Source of the DNA: Fimbriimonadales bacterium
GTDB taxonomy: Bacteria; Armatimonadota; Fimbriimonadia; Fimbriimonadales; JABRVX01
Direction: 5' to 3'
DNA: 64,000 nt
Assembly: GCA_045862955.1 (NCBI GenBank)
Contig: BTVI01000001.1
Span: forward strand, 1 to 64,000
Positions 29,011 to 40,248 of this stretch are shown here, one piece after another. Positions within the stretch are counted from its first letter, which is position 1, and every line of letters begins with the position of its first letter. The translations under genes and the position numbers were made by a program. Under the pieces are notes generated by a model, which saw only the letters and a list, made by a program, of their open reading frames with translations, was not told the DNA's origin and made no database searches.

Positions 29011-30462
29011 ATGCATCGGACCATGCTCTTTGTGGCTCTCTTGGCCCCTCTCATCGCTCTCGCCCAGGGCCCGACGCCGGAGTCACGTCTCAAGCTGCAA
29101 GAAGCGGTTGCAGCGTTCAAGGCCGGCGACATCCAGAAGGCGCTCGCCGGCGCGGAGGCGGTGTACAAGGAGACCCCCGACGACCTGTCTGCGATGACGT
29201 GGTACGGGTACCTGCTCCTTCAGGCCAACCGCGCGAAGGATGCCATCGAACCGCTATCGCGCGCCGTGGAGCGAGACCCCGAGAACGCCGAGTTGCGTAG
29301 CAACCTCGGCAACGCATATCTTTACTCGAACGCGGTGGACAAGGCGTTGGAGGAGTACAAGAAAGCCGTCGCTCTGGATGCGAAGCACGCGGACGCTTGG
29401 TATAACCTCGGGAACACTTACATGCGATTGAAGGACTATCCGAACGCGGTACCCGCTCTGCGTAAGGCAGCCGAGCTGCGTCCCCAGGACCCACACTGCC
29501 TGAACAACCTAGGCTTCGCGCTGCAGCACACGGGGGACACCAGCGGCGCCATTCAGCAGTATCGCAAGGCGTCCGACCTCTCTCCCAAGAGCCCCGTCTT
29601 TGCGGCCAACGCCGGCGTGTTGTTGGCGCAGCAAGCTCAGTGGCAGGATGCTGCGACCTACCTGGCACGTGCTGCGTTACAGGATCCGAACGACTACAAC
29701 GTGCGCGTTACCCTCGGCCAATGCTACGCAAAGCTCGGAAAGCGACAGGAGGCCGCTGAGCAGTATCGAGCAGCGGCAACGCTCCGTCCCCAGGAGCCAG
29801 TCCCCCACTACAACCTCGGGTACCTCTATCAGGAAGAGAAGAACTGGGTGCAGGCAGCCGCGGCCTACGAGAGGGCGCTGGAGCTGCGGCACGACGACCT
29901 CGATGCACTGGGCAACTACGGAGTGGTGCTGTTTCGTTTGCAGCGATTTCGCGACTCGGCGGCGGCTTTCGAACGGTTGCTCGGGCTCAACCCGAACAGC
30001 ATAGATGCCCGGATCAATCTCGCCGCCGCAAAGAAGCAGATGGGTGACCGCAAAGGGGCTATCGAGCTATGGAAGGAGGTAGTCCGTAGGGAGCCGCAGC
30101 GCGTGGACGTGCGCATGGCACTCGCAAACGCGCTGTACGCGGAAGGCCTGCTCGAAGATGCCGGGTATCACTACAGGCAGGTGCTCCTGGCGAAGCCGAC
30201 CTCTGCCGGTGCGCACAATGGCCTCGGCCTGATTGCGTATCGAAATAACGACATGGATGGCGCGATGAAGCACTTGCAGGAAGCTGTGCGGCTGGACCCG
30301 CGGTTCGCAGACGCACATAACAACCTGGGTGTGGTATTGGAGAGGCTGGGCAAGCGCAAGGAGGCGGAAGACGCATACAAGAAAGCGTTAGCCCTTCGAC
30401 CTAACTATCCCGAGGCCGCGGAGAACCTGAAGCGCATACGAGAGGCGAGCGGCAGTAGGTGA
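29011..30462 (+). CDS. Exported multi-TPR protein
   Basis: Signal peptide followed by roughly a dozen TPRs (NNLG...A...Y.KAL.L.P). Confidence 0.9.
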   Translation: MHRTMLFVALLAPLIALAQGPTPESRLKLQEAVAAFKAGDIQKALAGAEAVYKETPDDLSAMTWYGYLLLQANRAKDAIEPLSRAVERDPENAELRSNLGNAYLYSNAVDKALEEYKKAVALDAKHADAWYNLGNTYMRLKDYPNAVPALRKAAELRPQDPHCLNNLGFALQHTGDTSGAIQQYRKASDLSPKSPVFAANAGVLLAQQAQWQDAATYLARAALQDPNDYNVRVTLGQCYAKLGKRQEAAEQYRAAATLRPQEPVPHYNLGYLYQEEKNWVQAAAAYERALELRHDDLDALGNYGVVLFRLQRFRDSAAAFERLLGLNPNSIDARINLAAAKKQMGDRKGAIELWKEVVRREPQRVDVRMALANALYAEGLLEDAGYHYRQVLLAKPTSAGAHNGLGLIAYRNNDMDGAMKHLQEAVRLDPRFADAHNNLGVVLERLGKRKEAEDAYKKALALRPNYPEAAENLKRIREASGSR

Positions 30463-31331
30463 AGAACGCGCAGGTCTTCGCAGTAGCTCACCGGCGCGAA
30501 GCACCGCTGCTGGCACTGCGCGTCGCTGGGATTCTCCGCGACGCGGGGGTCGAGGTAGCGCTGGAGCCAACGCTTGCCGAGCACGAGGAGGCGGTCGGGT
30601 TTGCTGTCATCCCCTCCGAACGCCTCGGTGAGGCCGACATGGCGCTGGCCTTCGGCGGAGATGGCACCGTGCTGCGAGTGGTCAGCTATGCAGCGCGACA
30701 TGGCACCCCCGTGCTGGGTGTCAACATGGGGCAGTTCGGGTTCATCACCTATTGCCGACCCGCCGAGGTAGAGACTGCGATGGCCAATGTGCTCTCCGGA
30801 AACTACCACGTAGAAGAGCGATTGATGCTACGTGCCGACGTGATGCGAGCGGGCACCTGCGCGGCCACCGCATACGGCCTCAACGAGATCGTGATGCAGC
30901 GAGGCACACACGGCAAGATGATGACCGTCGACATCTCGATCAACGACATCCCCGTGGTGGACTACCCATCGGATGGTGTGATGGTAGCCACTCCGACCGG
31001 CTCTACGGCTTACAACCTATCCGCGGGCGGTCCGGTGGCGTCACCGACGCTGGACGCAATGCTACTAACACCCCTGACAGCACATACGCTCGGTGCGCGA
31101 CCACTGGTGCTCGAGGCGGGCAGCGTAATCCGCATCAGGATTGCGACCCGCGGGGAGGCAGTATTAGTAGCGGATGGCGACTCGCTGTACTTCTTGGAGG
31201 ATTCGGACGAGATCGTGATTCGCAAGGCCGAGTATCCGGCAAAGCTGCTACTCACATCTCGGAACGACTTTTACGAGCGACTGAGAAAGCGTCTGCTTTT
31301 CGGCGTGCGCAGGGCCGAGCGACAGGACTGA
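30459..31331 (+). CDS. nadK: NAD(+) kinase
   Basis: GGDGT, GVN.G..GF, LNE, DG..VATPTGSTAY.LSAGG. Confidence 0.95.
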   Translation: MKNAQVFAVAHRREAPLLALRVAGILRDAGVEVALEPTLAEHEEAVGFAVIPSERLGEADMALAFGGDGTVLRVVSYAARHGTPVLGVNMGQFGFITYCRPAEVETAMANVLSGNYHVEERLMLRADVMRAGTCAATAYGLNEIVMQRGTHGKMMTVDISINDIPVVDYPSDGVMVATPTGSTAYNLSAGGPVASPTLDAMLLTPLTAHTLGARPLVLEAGSVIRIRIATRGEAVLVADGDSLYFLEDSDEIVIRKAEYPAKLLLTSRNDFYERLRKRLLFGVRRAERQD

Positions 31332-31414
31332 GAGGACGTGTGCGACGACGCCGGATCCCTGCGATGAGATGGTGATTGACGGCGGGCGCGGGCCACGGCA
31401 AGGCGCAGTCAGAG

Positions 31415-31452
31415 ATGCAGCCCCCCGATCCCTAAGGGTCGGGGGGCTGCAT
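31415..31452. terminator. Hairpin terminator between convergent nadK and pgk
   Basis: ATGCAGCCCCCCGATCC-ctaa-GGGTCGGGGGGCTGCAT. Confidence 0.75.
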
Positions 31453-31470
31453 GACATGCAACAGCGAGTG

Positions 31471-32643
31471 TTAGGCGTCCTGAAGCGCGGCGACTCCCGG
31501 CAGGATCTTGCCTTCCAGAAACTCGAGTGACGCGCCGCCACCGGTGCTAACGTGCGTCACCTTGTCCGCAAAGCCGAACTGCTCGATGGCAGCCGCACTG
31601 TCACCACCACCGACAATGGTAGTGCCTGGGCACTCCGCCATCGCCTCGCAGAGCGCACGCGTGCCCGCTGCGAACGCCGGGTTCTCGAAGACCCCCATCG
31701 GGCCATTCCACACCACGGTGCCAGCGGTACGAACCGCGTCGGCAAACACACGCGTCGTCTCCGGACCGATGTCCACTCCCATCGCATCGGTCGGAATCGA
31801 TTGGCACGGGACGACCGTGCCCTCGGTGCTCTCTATCGAGGGGGCCACCACCACGTCGGTAGGTAACAGCAGTTTGGGGCCGGCGTCTCGGACCACCGTT
31901 CGCGCGAAGTCCAGGCGCTCGGCATCCAGGAGCGACTTGCCGATTTCGTAGTCCCAACCCGCCTTCAGGAAGGTGAAAGCCATGCCGCCGCCAATGACGA
32001 GTTTGTCCACCTTCGGAAGCAGGTTCTCGATCACGGCGATCTTGTCTTCGACCTTGGCTCCGCCGAGCACCGCGACGAAGGGGCGTGCCGGGTCCGCCAG
32101 AGCATCGCCTAGGAACTTTAGTTCCTTCTCCATCAACAGGCCGGCGACGCTGGGCAGATGATGCGCCACCCCTTCTGTACTGGAATGTGCACGGTGTGCG
32201 GACCCGAAAGCATCGTTCACGTACACGTCGCCGAGCTTCGCCATCTGCGCAGCAAGGTCCGGGTCGTTCTTCGTCTCGCCCTTCTGGAAGCGCACGTTCT
32301 CCAGCATCAGCACGTCGCCGGGTTTCAGGGAAGAGGCCATGGCCTCGACCTCTGGCCCAGCGCAGTCCGGGGCTAGGCGCACTTCCCTGCCAAGCAGTTC
32401 GCTCAAGCGCCGGGCAACGGGTCCCAAGCTGAACTGTGGGTCCGGCCCTTCCTTCGGGCGCCCGAGGTGAGACATCAGCACCAGCGAGGCCCCACCGTCC
32501 AGCAGAAGCTGAAGGGTGGGGAGGGCGGCTCGGATGCGGCGATCGTCCTTGATTACGCCCTCCTTGATGGGCACGTTGAAGTCCACGCGAACAAGCACGC
32601 GCTTGCCGCGCACGTCTATGTCGCGAACCGTTTTCTTGGCCAT
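31471..32643 (-). CDS. pgk: Phosphoglycerate kinase
   Basis: [38 protein letters not shown]. Confidence 0.98.
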   Translation of the reverse strand: MAKKTVRDIDVRGKRVLVRVDFNVPIKEGVIKDDRRIRAALPTLQLLLDGGASLVLMSHLGRPKEGPDPQFSLGPVARRLSELLGREVRLAPDCAGPEVEAMASSLKPGDVLMLENVRFQKGETKNDPDLAAQMAKLGDVYVNDAFGSAHRAHSSTEGVAHHLPSVAGLLMEKELKFLGDALADPARPFVAVLGGAKVEDKIAVIENLLPKVDKLVIGGGMAFTFLKAGWDYEIGKSLLDAERLDFARTVVRDAGPKLLLPTDVVVAPSIESTEGTVVPCQSIPTDAMGVDIGPETTRVFADAVRTAGTVVWNGPMGVFENPAFAAGTRALCEAMAECPGTTIVGGGDSAAAIEQFGFADKVTHVSTGGGASLEFLEGKILPGVAALQDA

Positions 32644-32653
32644 CGCAGCCTCT

Positions 32654-33667
<1,014 letters not shown>

Positions 33668-33852
33668 GGTCACTCCCAAGGTGCGGTATAGATGTCCGAG
33701 TCTACCCAGGGATGCCACGCTGGACGGTCACTTCGGGACTTCTGCGAAGGCGGTCTCTGCATGAACCCGGTCGCTCTGCGGAACCCGTGCGGGTTGGATA
33801 AGGTTGTAGAATAAGATGGGTCGCCTCAGTCGAGGCCCGATAGGAGAAGCCG

Positions 33853-35853
33853 TTGCTGCCGACATTCGCACTTGCGCTTGCTGTCCTTCTCGCACCGCCT
33901 AAGGGCGTGATTCTCGACCACCCGCCAGCGTTTACGGAGCTGACCAAGACCCTCGCATCACCCAATCGCGCGATCGTACGATTCGCCTCGCCCGCTCACC
34001 GGTTCGCGGCTGCCGCAGCTGGCTACAAACTCCTGTGGGATATCCCGCAGCTCGGCTATAGCGTGGTGCTGGTGCCCTACGGGAGAGTAGATACTTCGAT
34101 TCGGCATCTGAAGGCGCTGGGTTACGTGACGGAAGCTTTTCCGGATCGAGTGTATCACCCTGCGTACACTCCGAACGATCCGGTATTCCCCGACCAGTGG
34201 AACCTGTTCGACCAGAAGATTCCGCAGGTATGGGACGTGGAGAAAGGCAGTTCCAGCGTGGTGATCGCCGTGCTGGACACCGGCGTGGACTACAACCACT
34301 CCGACTTGAACGCCAACATCTGGCGCAACACCGCCGACCCGGTGAACGGCGTTGACGACGACGGCAACGGCTACGTGGACGACTACTGGGGATGGGACTT
34401 CGCCTACAACGATCGCAACCCGATGGACGACCACGGCCATGGCACCGCGTGCGCGGGCATCAACGCTGCGGTGCAAGATAACAACTTCCAGATAAGCGGC
34501 GTGGCACCGCGATGTCGCATCATGTGCGTGAAGATCGGCCAGTCGGACGGCTACAGTTACGATTCGATGTTTGCTCCGGGCGTCGTGTATGCTGCGGATA
34601 ACGGTGCGAAGGTGCTCAGCATCAGTTACTTCAGCGACGACCTGACGCCGCTGTTACGTGCTGCCTGCGACTATGCCTACGAGAAGGGAGCGCTGCTATC
34701 GGTAGCGGCAGGCAACTTCGACGAGGTGTTCCCGCTGTATCCTGCCGGCTATGATCGCGCCATCGGCGTCGCCGCTCACGGGCAAGGCGACACGAAAGCG
34801 TACTTCAGCAACTTCGGGACATGGGTGGATGTTTCCGCTCCAGGCATTGGGATCCCGGCTAGCAGTCTGGGCGGCGGATACACGACTGGATTCTCGGGCA
34901 CTTCTGCGGCTGCACCGAACGCTGCAGGGGTGCTGGGGTTGCTGTTCAGCCACTTTCCCGGCGAGACTAACGAGCAGATTCGGCGTAGGCTCGAATACAC
35001 GGCCGGTCCCATCCCACCCACCCGGGAAGGAGAGGTGTGCAACTACGGTCGCGTTGACGCATCGGCGGCACTGGGTTTCGGACTCAGCGATCCAAACAAC
35101 GGGCTTGCGGGTCTGCGCGGCAAGCCTGCGGAGATTCGCTACGTCTCGCCGATGGTATTGCCGGCAGAGGGGGGGCGCCTCACGGTTCGTGGGCGCTACT
35201 TCGATCCGGGCGTCAAGGGGGTGTCCTTGCGTCTCGGCAGTACTCGCATCCCGGCGACCTACTGGTCCGATGAAGTGGTGGTGGCCGAGGTGCCACCCGG
35301 TACGCCGAGCGGTGTGCTCGTCGTCGATGCGCTGGGAACGTCCAACGGCATTCCCATCACCATAGCAGGACCAGGCGCGAGGTTCGAAGCGGTTCCGTCC
35401 GATTTCAACAGCGCGATCATCCCCGTCGGGGGTGGCTTGTCGCCTTTCGGCACCGCACGAGACATGTGGTTCGAGGACGGGCAAGTGGCCCGATTCGTTG
35501 CCGACTACGCGGGTCAGGATTTCGATATGAGGATCTTAGTCCGCGGTCTGGACAAGAACACGGTGAGCGAGCTAACCGCTTGCATCACCCGGTCAGTCGG
35601 TCCAGTGGGTCCCAATCCTGGGGGATCGCTACAACTCTATGACTTCTCGACGGGCAGCTACCCCTACGGAAGCTGGGCTACGGTGCTGACCGAGAACTTC
35701 AACCTGCAGGCCGGTACCGTCAAGGCCGCAGTGGGTGGTGATGTTTCGCGCTTCGTGTCGTACGAAGGTGACCTCTTCGTGCGCTATCGAGGTTTCCTCA
35801 AGCACTCTCAGGGCTACGTGGACGTGGATCGGCTGTGGTTCGAGTGGAAGTGA
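33853..35853 (+). CDS. Secreted S8 (subtilisin-family) serine peptidase with IPT/TIG-like domain
   Basis: Catalytic triad LDTG, HGT, GTS; AAGN; signal peptide; TTG start after AGGAG. Confidence 0.9.
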   Translation: MLPTFALALAVLLAPPKGVILDHPPAFTELTKTLASPNRAIVRFASPAHRFAAAAAGYKLLWDIPQLGYSVVLVPYGRVDTSIRHLKALGYVTEAFPDRVYHPAYTPNDPVFPDQWNLFDQKIPQVWDVEKGSSSVVIAVLDTGVDYNHSDLNANIWRNTADPVNGVDDDGNGYVDDYWGWDFAYNDRNPMDDHGHGTACAGINAAVQDNNFQISGVAPRCRIMCVKIGQSDGYSYDSMFAPGVVYAADNGAKVLSISYFSDDLTPLLRAACDYAYEKGALLSVAAGNFDEVFPLYPAGYDRAIGVAAHGQGDTKAYFSNFGTWVDVSAPGIGIPASSLGGGYTTGFSGTSAAAPNAAGVLGLLFSHFPGETNEQIRRRLEYTAGPIPPTREGEVCNYGRVDASAALGFGLSDPNNGLAGLRGKPAEIRYVSPMVLPAEGGRLTVRGRYFDPGVKGVSLRLGSTRIPATYWSDEVVVAEVPPGTPSGVLVVDALGTSNGIPITIAGPGARFEAVPSDFNSAIIPVGGGLSPFGTARDMWFEDGQVARFVADYAGQDFDMRILVRGLDKNTVSELTACITRSVGPVGPNPGGSLQLYDFSTGSYPYGSWATVLTENFNLQAGTVKAAVGGDVSRFVSYEGDLFVRYRGFLKHSQGYVDVDRLWFEWK

Positions 35854-35860
35854 GCCTGCG

Positions 35861-37057
35861 CTAGGCTGCCTTCGTAGCAGGTGACGGGCGCCGCTCGCGG
35901 GCTATGCCTGGGAAGCGGAGCGTCACTCGATTGATCTTCCCTGGCTCGCTGATGCAGATCATCCGGCCGCCGTGCTCTTCCACGATGCTCTTGGCAGCAG
36001 CGAGGCTCAGTCTCGTCTGCTCGCTGGCTGCGAGGGAAGTCGGCCACTGGCCTTTCGAGCAGTCCTCATCTCGGAAGCCCGTGTCTGCTATCTCGATGAC
36101 TGCCTGAGGCGGTCTTCCATCCTCGCGCCGTGTAGAAACCGTCACCTCGCCGCCTGGGCGGCACGTCTCGATGGCGCTCATCACGAGGGTTACGAAGACC
36201 TGTTGCAGCCTGCTCGGCACAGCGAACACCTCGGGCACATTCGGGTCGAGGTGCGTAGTCAGGACGAGTCGGGACTGAACCAGTTCGCTTTCTAACAGCA
36301 GCAGAGCATCACCGAGAACGGAATTCACGGAGACTCGTCTAGGCGTCGCCTGCTCGGCGGACGTGTACTGGATCAGCGCCTCTAGTACTCGCTTGGAGTG
36401 TCGAGCGGCCGTTTCGAGACGCTGCAGACCGAGGATGAGGTGCTGCTTGTCTCCCTCTGCGGCCGGGTCTGTCGATAGCGACTGCGCTTTCTCCGTCGCG
36501 TACTGAGCCAGATACTGGACGGCTTCCAGGGGGGCGCTGATGTCTCGGACGACCGTCTCGGCCAGCTTGCCTACACCGGCGTGCCGCCCTGCCGTGATCA
36601 ACTCTTCGGCGCCCTCTTGAAGACGCCGCACGGCAGCCTCGAGGTCGGCTTCCAGACGACGGTTCTGGGCGCGTAGCTGGCGCGTATGCACTGCCCGCTC
36701 AACGGCTACGGTCAGCTCTCGGATATCGTCGAGCGGCTTCGTTAGGTAGTCGTAGAGGTTTCCAGCACGGACTGCTTCTAACACGTTCTCGAGGGAGCCG
36801 TAGGCGGTGAGGATGATGACCTCACAAAGCGGCCACCTATTCTTTGCGGCGTGCATGACCTCGAGGCCGTCTGCCTTGGGCATCCGCATGTCGGTCACGA
36901 CTACGGAGTATTCGTTCGACTCGATGCAGGCAATGGCCTCGTGCCCGTCGGCGGCTCGGTCTACGGAGAAGCCGGAGATCTCCAATTGTTTGCTTAGGAC
37001 AAGTCGGAGGCCCTCCTCGTCCTCTGCAACTAGGACGCGGTGAACGTGATGGGACAC
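35861..37057 (-). CDS. Receiver domain fused to a degenerate histidine kinase (pseudokinase)
   Basis: REC motifs AEDE, TDMRMP, LTAY, KP intact; H, N, G1 and G2 boxes altered; GTG start after GGAGG. Confidence 0.8.
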   Translation of the reverse strand: MSHHVHRVLVAEDEEGLRLVLSKQLEISGFSVDRAADGHEAIACIESNEYSVVVTDMRMPKADGLEVMHAAKNRWPLCEVIILTAYGSLENVLEAVRAGNLYDYLTKPLDDIRELTVAVERAVHTRQLRAQNRRLEADLEAAVRRLQEGAEELITAGRHAGVGKLAETVVRDISAPLEAVQYLAQYATEKAQSLSTDPAAEGDKQHLILGLQRLETAARHSKRVLEALIQYTSAEQATPRRVSVNSVLGDALLLLESELVQSRLVLTTHLDPNVPEVFAVPSRLQQVFVTLVMSAIETCRPGGEVTVSTRREDGRPPQAVIEIADTGFRDEDCSKGQWPTSLAASEQTRLSLAAAKSIVEEHGGRMICISEPGKINRVTLRFPGIARERRPSPATKAA

Positions 37058-37170
37058 TGTGTTTCCCCCTCCGTACCCTGACATTATCGGTAGCGAGCAG
37101 GCTGCATCGGACCTAGTGCCGTTGGAGGCGCTGGGAGGTTGCGACGCGGGTCGTGCTACACTTCTGTGCT

Positions 37171-37830
37171 GTGGATCCCCTTCACGCACAGGTCTTGCGC
37201 TGGTCGGAGAGACTGCGCGCCATTGCACAAACGGGCCTGGCCTTTCGTCCTCACACGTACGACGAAGAGCGCTACTCTGAAGCGCTGCGGCTTGCCGCCG
37301 AGATGCAGGCATTCGCGCTCACCGCGGACGCCAAGGAACTCGAGGTCGAGTGGCGGGCCAGTATCGGCGAAGGACCCCGTGGGTACGTCACCCCGCAAGC
37401 CAGCGTCATCGCTGCCGTTCTGAACGACCACCGCGAGCTGCTGCTGGTCCATCGGCCAGACAGTCAACGCTGGTTTCCACCCTCGGGGTGGGCAGACGTG
37501 GGCCGGACGGCAGCCGAGGTCGCGGCCAAAGAGGTGCGAGAGGAAACCGGCTACCGGGTCCGTCCTATTGGCCTACTCGGCTGCTTCGACAGCATCGCTC
37601 AAGGGCTGTCCAGCTTTCATTTCTACTGCCTGTTCTTCGAGTGCCGACTGGAGGGAGGAGAGCTGCGTAGGAACGACTTAGAGGCGCTCGACATAGGATG
37701 GTTCCCCCGAGATGGGTTGCCAGCGCCGCTGCACGGTGGGGACTGGTGGGTTCCGGTGTGCTTCGGCCCGGCAGAAGGGCCCGGGTTCGATCCCGTGCCC
37801 GAGAGCATCTTGGAGGAGGTTTGGAAGTGA
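37171..37830 (+). CDS. Nudix hydrolase with Nudix_N domain
   Basis: L.AIAQTGL.F, YD.ERY, GY.TP, GWADVG...KEVREETG; start could be 37153. Confidence 0.88.
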   Translation: MDPLHAQVLRWSERLRAIAQTGLAFRPHTYDEERYSEALRLAAEMQAFALTADAKELEVEWRASIGEGPRGYVTPQASVIAAVLNDHRELLLVHRPDSQRWFPPSGWADVGRTAAEVAAKEVREETGYRVRPIGLLGCFDSIAQGLSSFHFYCLFFECRLEGGELRRNDLEALDIGWFPRDGLPAPLHGGDWWVPVCFGPAEGPGFDPVPESILEEVWK

Positions 37831-38246
37831 GCGACACGATGACGGTGCGCTGGACGGGAGGTATGAGCTTCAGCGCCACCAGCAAGTTCGGAATGGAGAT
37901 GCGAGCCGACGCATCCAGGCAGGTGGGCGGGCAGGAATCGGCGCCCTCGCCGGGTGAGTACCTTTACTTTGCTGCGGCGGGCTGCACGGGCATGGACGTG
38001 ATCAGCATCCTGAACAAGATGAAGCAGGAGGTCTCGTCCTACTCCATCACAGTCGAGGTCGAACGGCACATGGGTGACTACCCTAGGCCGATCACCAAGT
38101 TGAAGGTCATTCACACGCTTTCCGGCCCCAATCTCGACCCTGAGGCGGTGGAAAAAGCGGTGAAGCTCTCCGATGAGAAGTACTGCTTCGTAGCTGCCAG
38201 CTTGCGACAGCCCGTCGAAGTTTCGGCGGAGTATCGGGTCGAGTAG
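37827..38246 (+). CDS. OsmC family protein (YhfA-like)
   Basis: SP.E....AAAGCTGMDV.SIL.K, AV.LS.EKYC; GGAGGAGG RBS; GTGA overlap with the Nudix gene. Confidence 0.92.
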   Translation: MSDTMTVRWTGGMSFSATSKFGMEMRADASRQVGGQESAPSPGEYLYFAAAGCTGMDVISILNKMKQEVSSYSITVEVERHMGDYPRPITKLKVIHTLSGPNLDPEAVEKAVKLSDEKYCFVAASLRQPVEVSAEYRVE

Positions 38247-38255
38247 TTCCCGAAC

Positions 38256-38292
38256 GAAACGGGGCGGTGCGCTGCGGCACCGCCCCAATTTC
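38256..38292. terminator. Bidirectional terminator
   Basis: GAAAC-GGGGCGGTGC-gctgcg-GCACCGCCCC-AATTTT between convergent genes. Confidence 0.7.
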
Positions 38293-38311
38293 ATTTTGGC
38301 CTGGGAGTAGG

Positions 38312-38440
38312 CTACTCCCCGGTGGTCTCTTGCTTGGGCTCGGGAGCCGGCGTCTCCTCCTTGGCGCCGCAACCAGCGATCAGAGCGACCGACGACGCCA
38401 GAACCAGAACGGCCAAAAGCTGAGCGATAAGCTTCTTCAT
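38312..38440 (-). CDS. 42-aa lipoprotein (below the ORF-track cutoff)
   Basis: GGAGGG RBS; MKKLIAQLLAVLVLASSVALIAGC-GAKEETPAPEPKQETTGE; lipobox IAGC. Confidence 0.8.
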   Translation of the reverse strand: MKKLIAQLLAVLVLASSVALIAGCGAKEETPAPEPKQETTGE

Positions 38441-38564
38441 TCTTCCCTCCATAGTTCAGCGTGGCCGCTCTGTGCGGCAGCCCGCTGAGATCTCACGTGC
38501 TCTTTCCCAATCGGTTTCGTTGGCGCGGCGGAGCATTCCTGCTGTGCCTACCCAAGAACGGTCC

Positions 38565-40094
38565 TTAGGGCTGCAGCGCAGCGAGCAGAACTTCCGCGGT
38601 GAGGTGGATCGAGTCCTTCTCGACACGCTCCGTCACGCCGTGCGCATCCTTGCCCCACGGGCCTATGTTGGCGATTGGGCAGCCGAGCCCCGAGAGGCCG
38701 ACTTCGGGGACAGTATAGCCCAAACGGCGCGCTTTCCACTGCGGCGTGTTCGAGGCCAGTTCGGCGACGTGCTCCGCCTTCTCCGCTCCGCCGATGTAGC
38801 TGACGTCGCTGATGTACGGGTAGAAGTCTCGAACGCACATTCCGAAACGCCTGCCTAAGGCCTCGATGCTTGTGCGAAATGCGGCGTCGCGTACGTGAAC
38901 GTGAGGGTAGTATGGCGGAGCCAACAGGATGAGGATGAACGGCCACTCGATACGTGACCGCTCCACGGCGGCTCGCGCAACAGCTAAGCTGATGTCCCTG
39001 TGGTCCGGCTCGCCATCGGTCTGCGCAATGACGTCGGTCATCGCGGCCTCTCTAGCCTCGGCTGGCAGTTCTTCGTATAGAAGCACCCGTGGACGAAGCT
39101 CGGCTGGAGTTTCCTGGTCTTGGTCGCCGGAGTAGCGGGCTAGGCTCTCGTTGCGGCGCTCTAGTACCTTCTGCACGGCTTGGCAGGCAAGAGACTTCAG
39201 TGCAGCTAGAGCGTCCCCGGGACCTCGCGAATAGGTCATCAAGTTGCAGTAGGCGTACGCCTCGAAGGCCGTCTGCACGTCATAGTTGCGCTTTAGGTCG
39301 CGAAGGCAAAGGGTAACGGGGGGGACGGATACCTCTTCGCCAACCCTGTCGCACAGGTCGGGATTGAGGTGAATGAGCGACACCAACTCCGCTGCGAGTG
39401 CGCAGGCATCCAGACCGCGATACGGCTCGCCGACATGGGTCTCGATGCCGCCGATGAGGAACATGGGAAGCAGCTTGCCGATGGAACCCAGGTATATGTA
39501 CTTGGTCTCGTCGCCGGGGAAGCGCGGCGCCGTGTAGTCGGAGTTGAGCACCCCGCACAGGCTGAGACCCTCCGCTTCGGCCATCGCCTTCACCTCTGGC
39601 AGCGCGCTCAGGATGCCCGCCGACGCGGCTTCCTCGTCCGGGCAGGAGAGAAACAGCACATTTGCCTTCGGCCGGGATGCCAGCACGGCGATCTGAGCCG
39701 CAATGCCCGACTTCATGTCCAGCGCGCCACGCCCGAACAGGTACCGCCCGGACCTCGCATCGTCGGCCACTTCTCGCCCGTAGCGCCCGGTCGCGAACGG
39801 CTCGACGAGGGTGTGTGGCCGGAACGCATCGCCTCCGGGGATGCCTGCGTAGTCGCCGATGCCGACGGTATCGAAGTGGCTCGTCAAGACCCAAAGCTCA
39901 TCTCCAGCGCCTCCTCGATGCAGCGTCCACACGCTCCTTCGACCGTCCGTCGTAGGCCAGAAGCCGGGTCGTAGGCCGATGGCTGCCAGTTCCTCGGCGA
40001 TGAGGTCGGCCATGCGGTTTTCGGATGCGACATCGCCCGTCACACTGGGCTGGGCCACGAGTCGCTGGGTTAGCAGAATGGGGTCGATCTTCAT
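38565..40094 (-). CDS. rocB: RocB-like M20 metallohydrolase (arginine/citrulline utilization)
   Basis: SHFDTV..DY, FGRG.LDMKSG, PDEE..SAG, Y.GSIGKLLP, ETHVG, PPYYP, FYPYISD.SY, NIGPWGKDAH..TER; start MKIDP after GGAGAGG. Confidence 0.85.
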   Translation of the reverse strand: MKIDPILLTQRLVAQPSVTGDVASENRMADLIAEELAAIGLRPGFWPTTDGRRSVWTLHRGGAGDELWVLTSHFDTVGIGDYAGIPGGDAFRPHTLVEPFATGRYGREVADDARSGRYLFGRGALDMKSGIAAQIAVLASRPKANVLFLSCPDEEAASAGILSALPEVKAMAEAEGLSLCGVLNSDYTAPRFPGDETKYIYLGSIGKLLPMFLIGGIETHVGEPYRGLDACALAAELVSLIHLNPDLCDRVGEEVSVPPVTLCLRDLKRNYDVQTAFEAYAYCNLMTYSRGPGDALAALKSLACQAVQKVLERRNESLARYSGDQDQETPAELRPRVLLYEELPAEAREAAMTDVIAQTDGEPDHRDISLAVARAAVERSRIEWPFILILLAPPYYPHVHVRDAAFRTSIEALGRRFGMCVRDFYPYISDVSYIGGAEKAEHVAELASNTPQWKARRLGYTVPEVGLSGLGCPIANIGPWGKDAHGVTERVEKDSIHLTAEVLLAALQP

Positions 40095-40248
40095 TTGGAG
40101 CCTCTCCGTCGAGTCACGCTTCGTTGCGCGTTGATCGAAAGATACCTCCATGGACCCAGCTTTGCGAGTAATGCGGTTCCGAGCGGATAATCTATAGGGG
40201 TGGGGAGCAGCGTGGCTCCCCAATCTCTACCGAAGGAGTTGAGACGAA

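Noticed and set aside
37480..37560. Inactive Nudix box (Arg at the first conserved Glu position)
   Set aside because: This position is variable in the GWADVG Nudix_N subfamily, and the KEVREETG catalytic residues are intact
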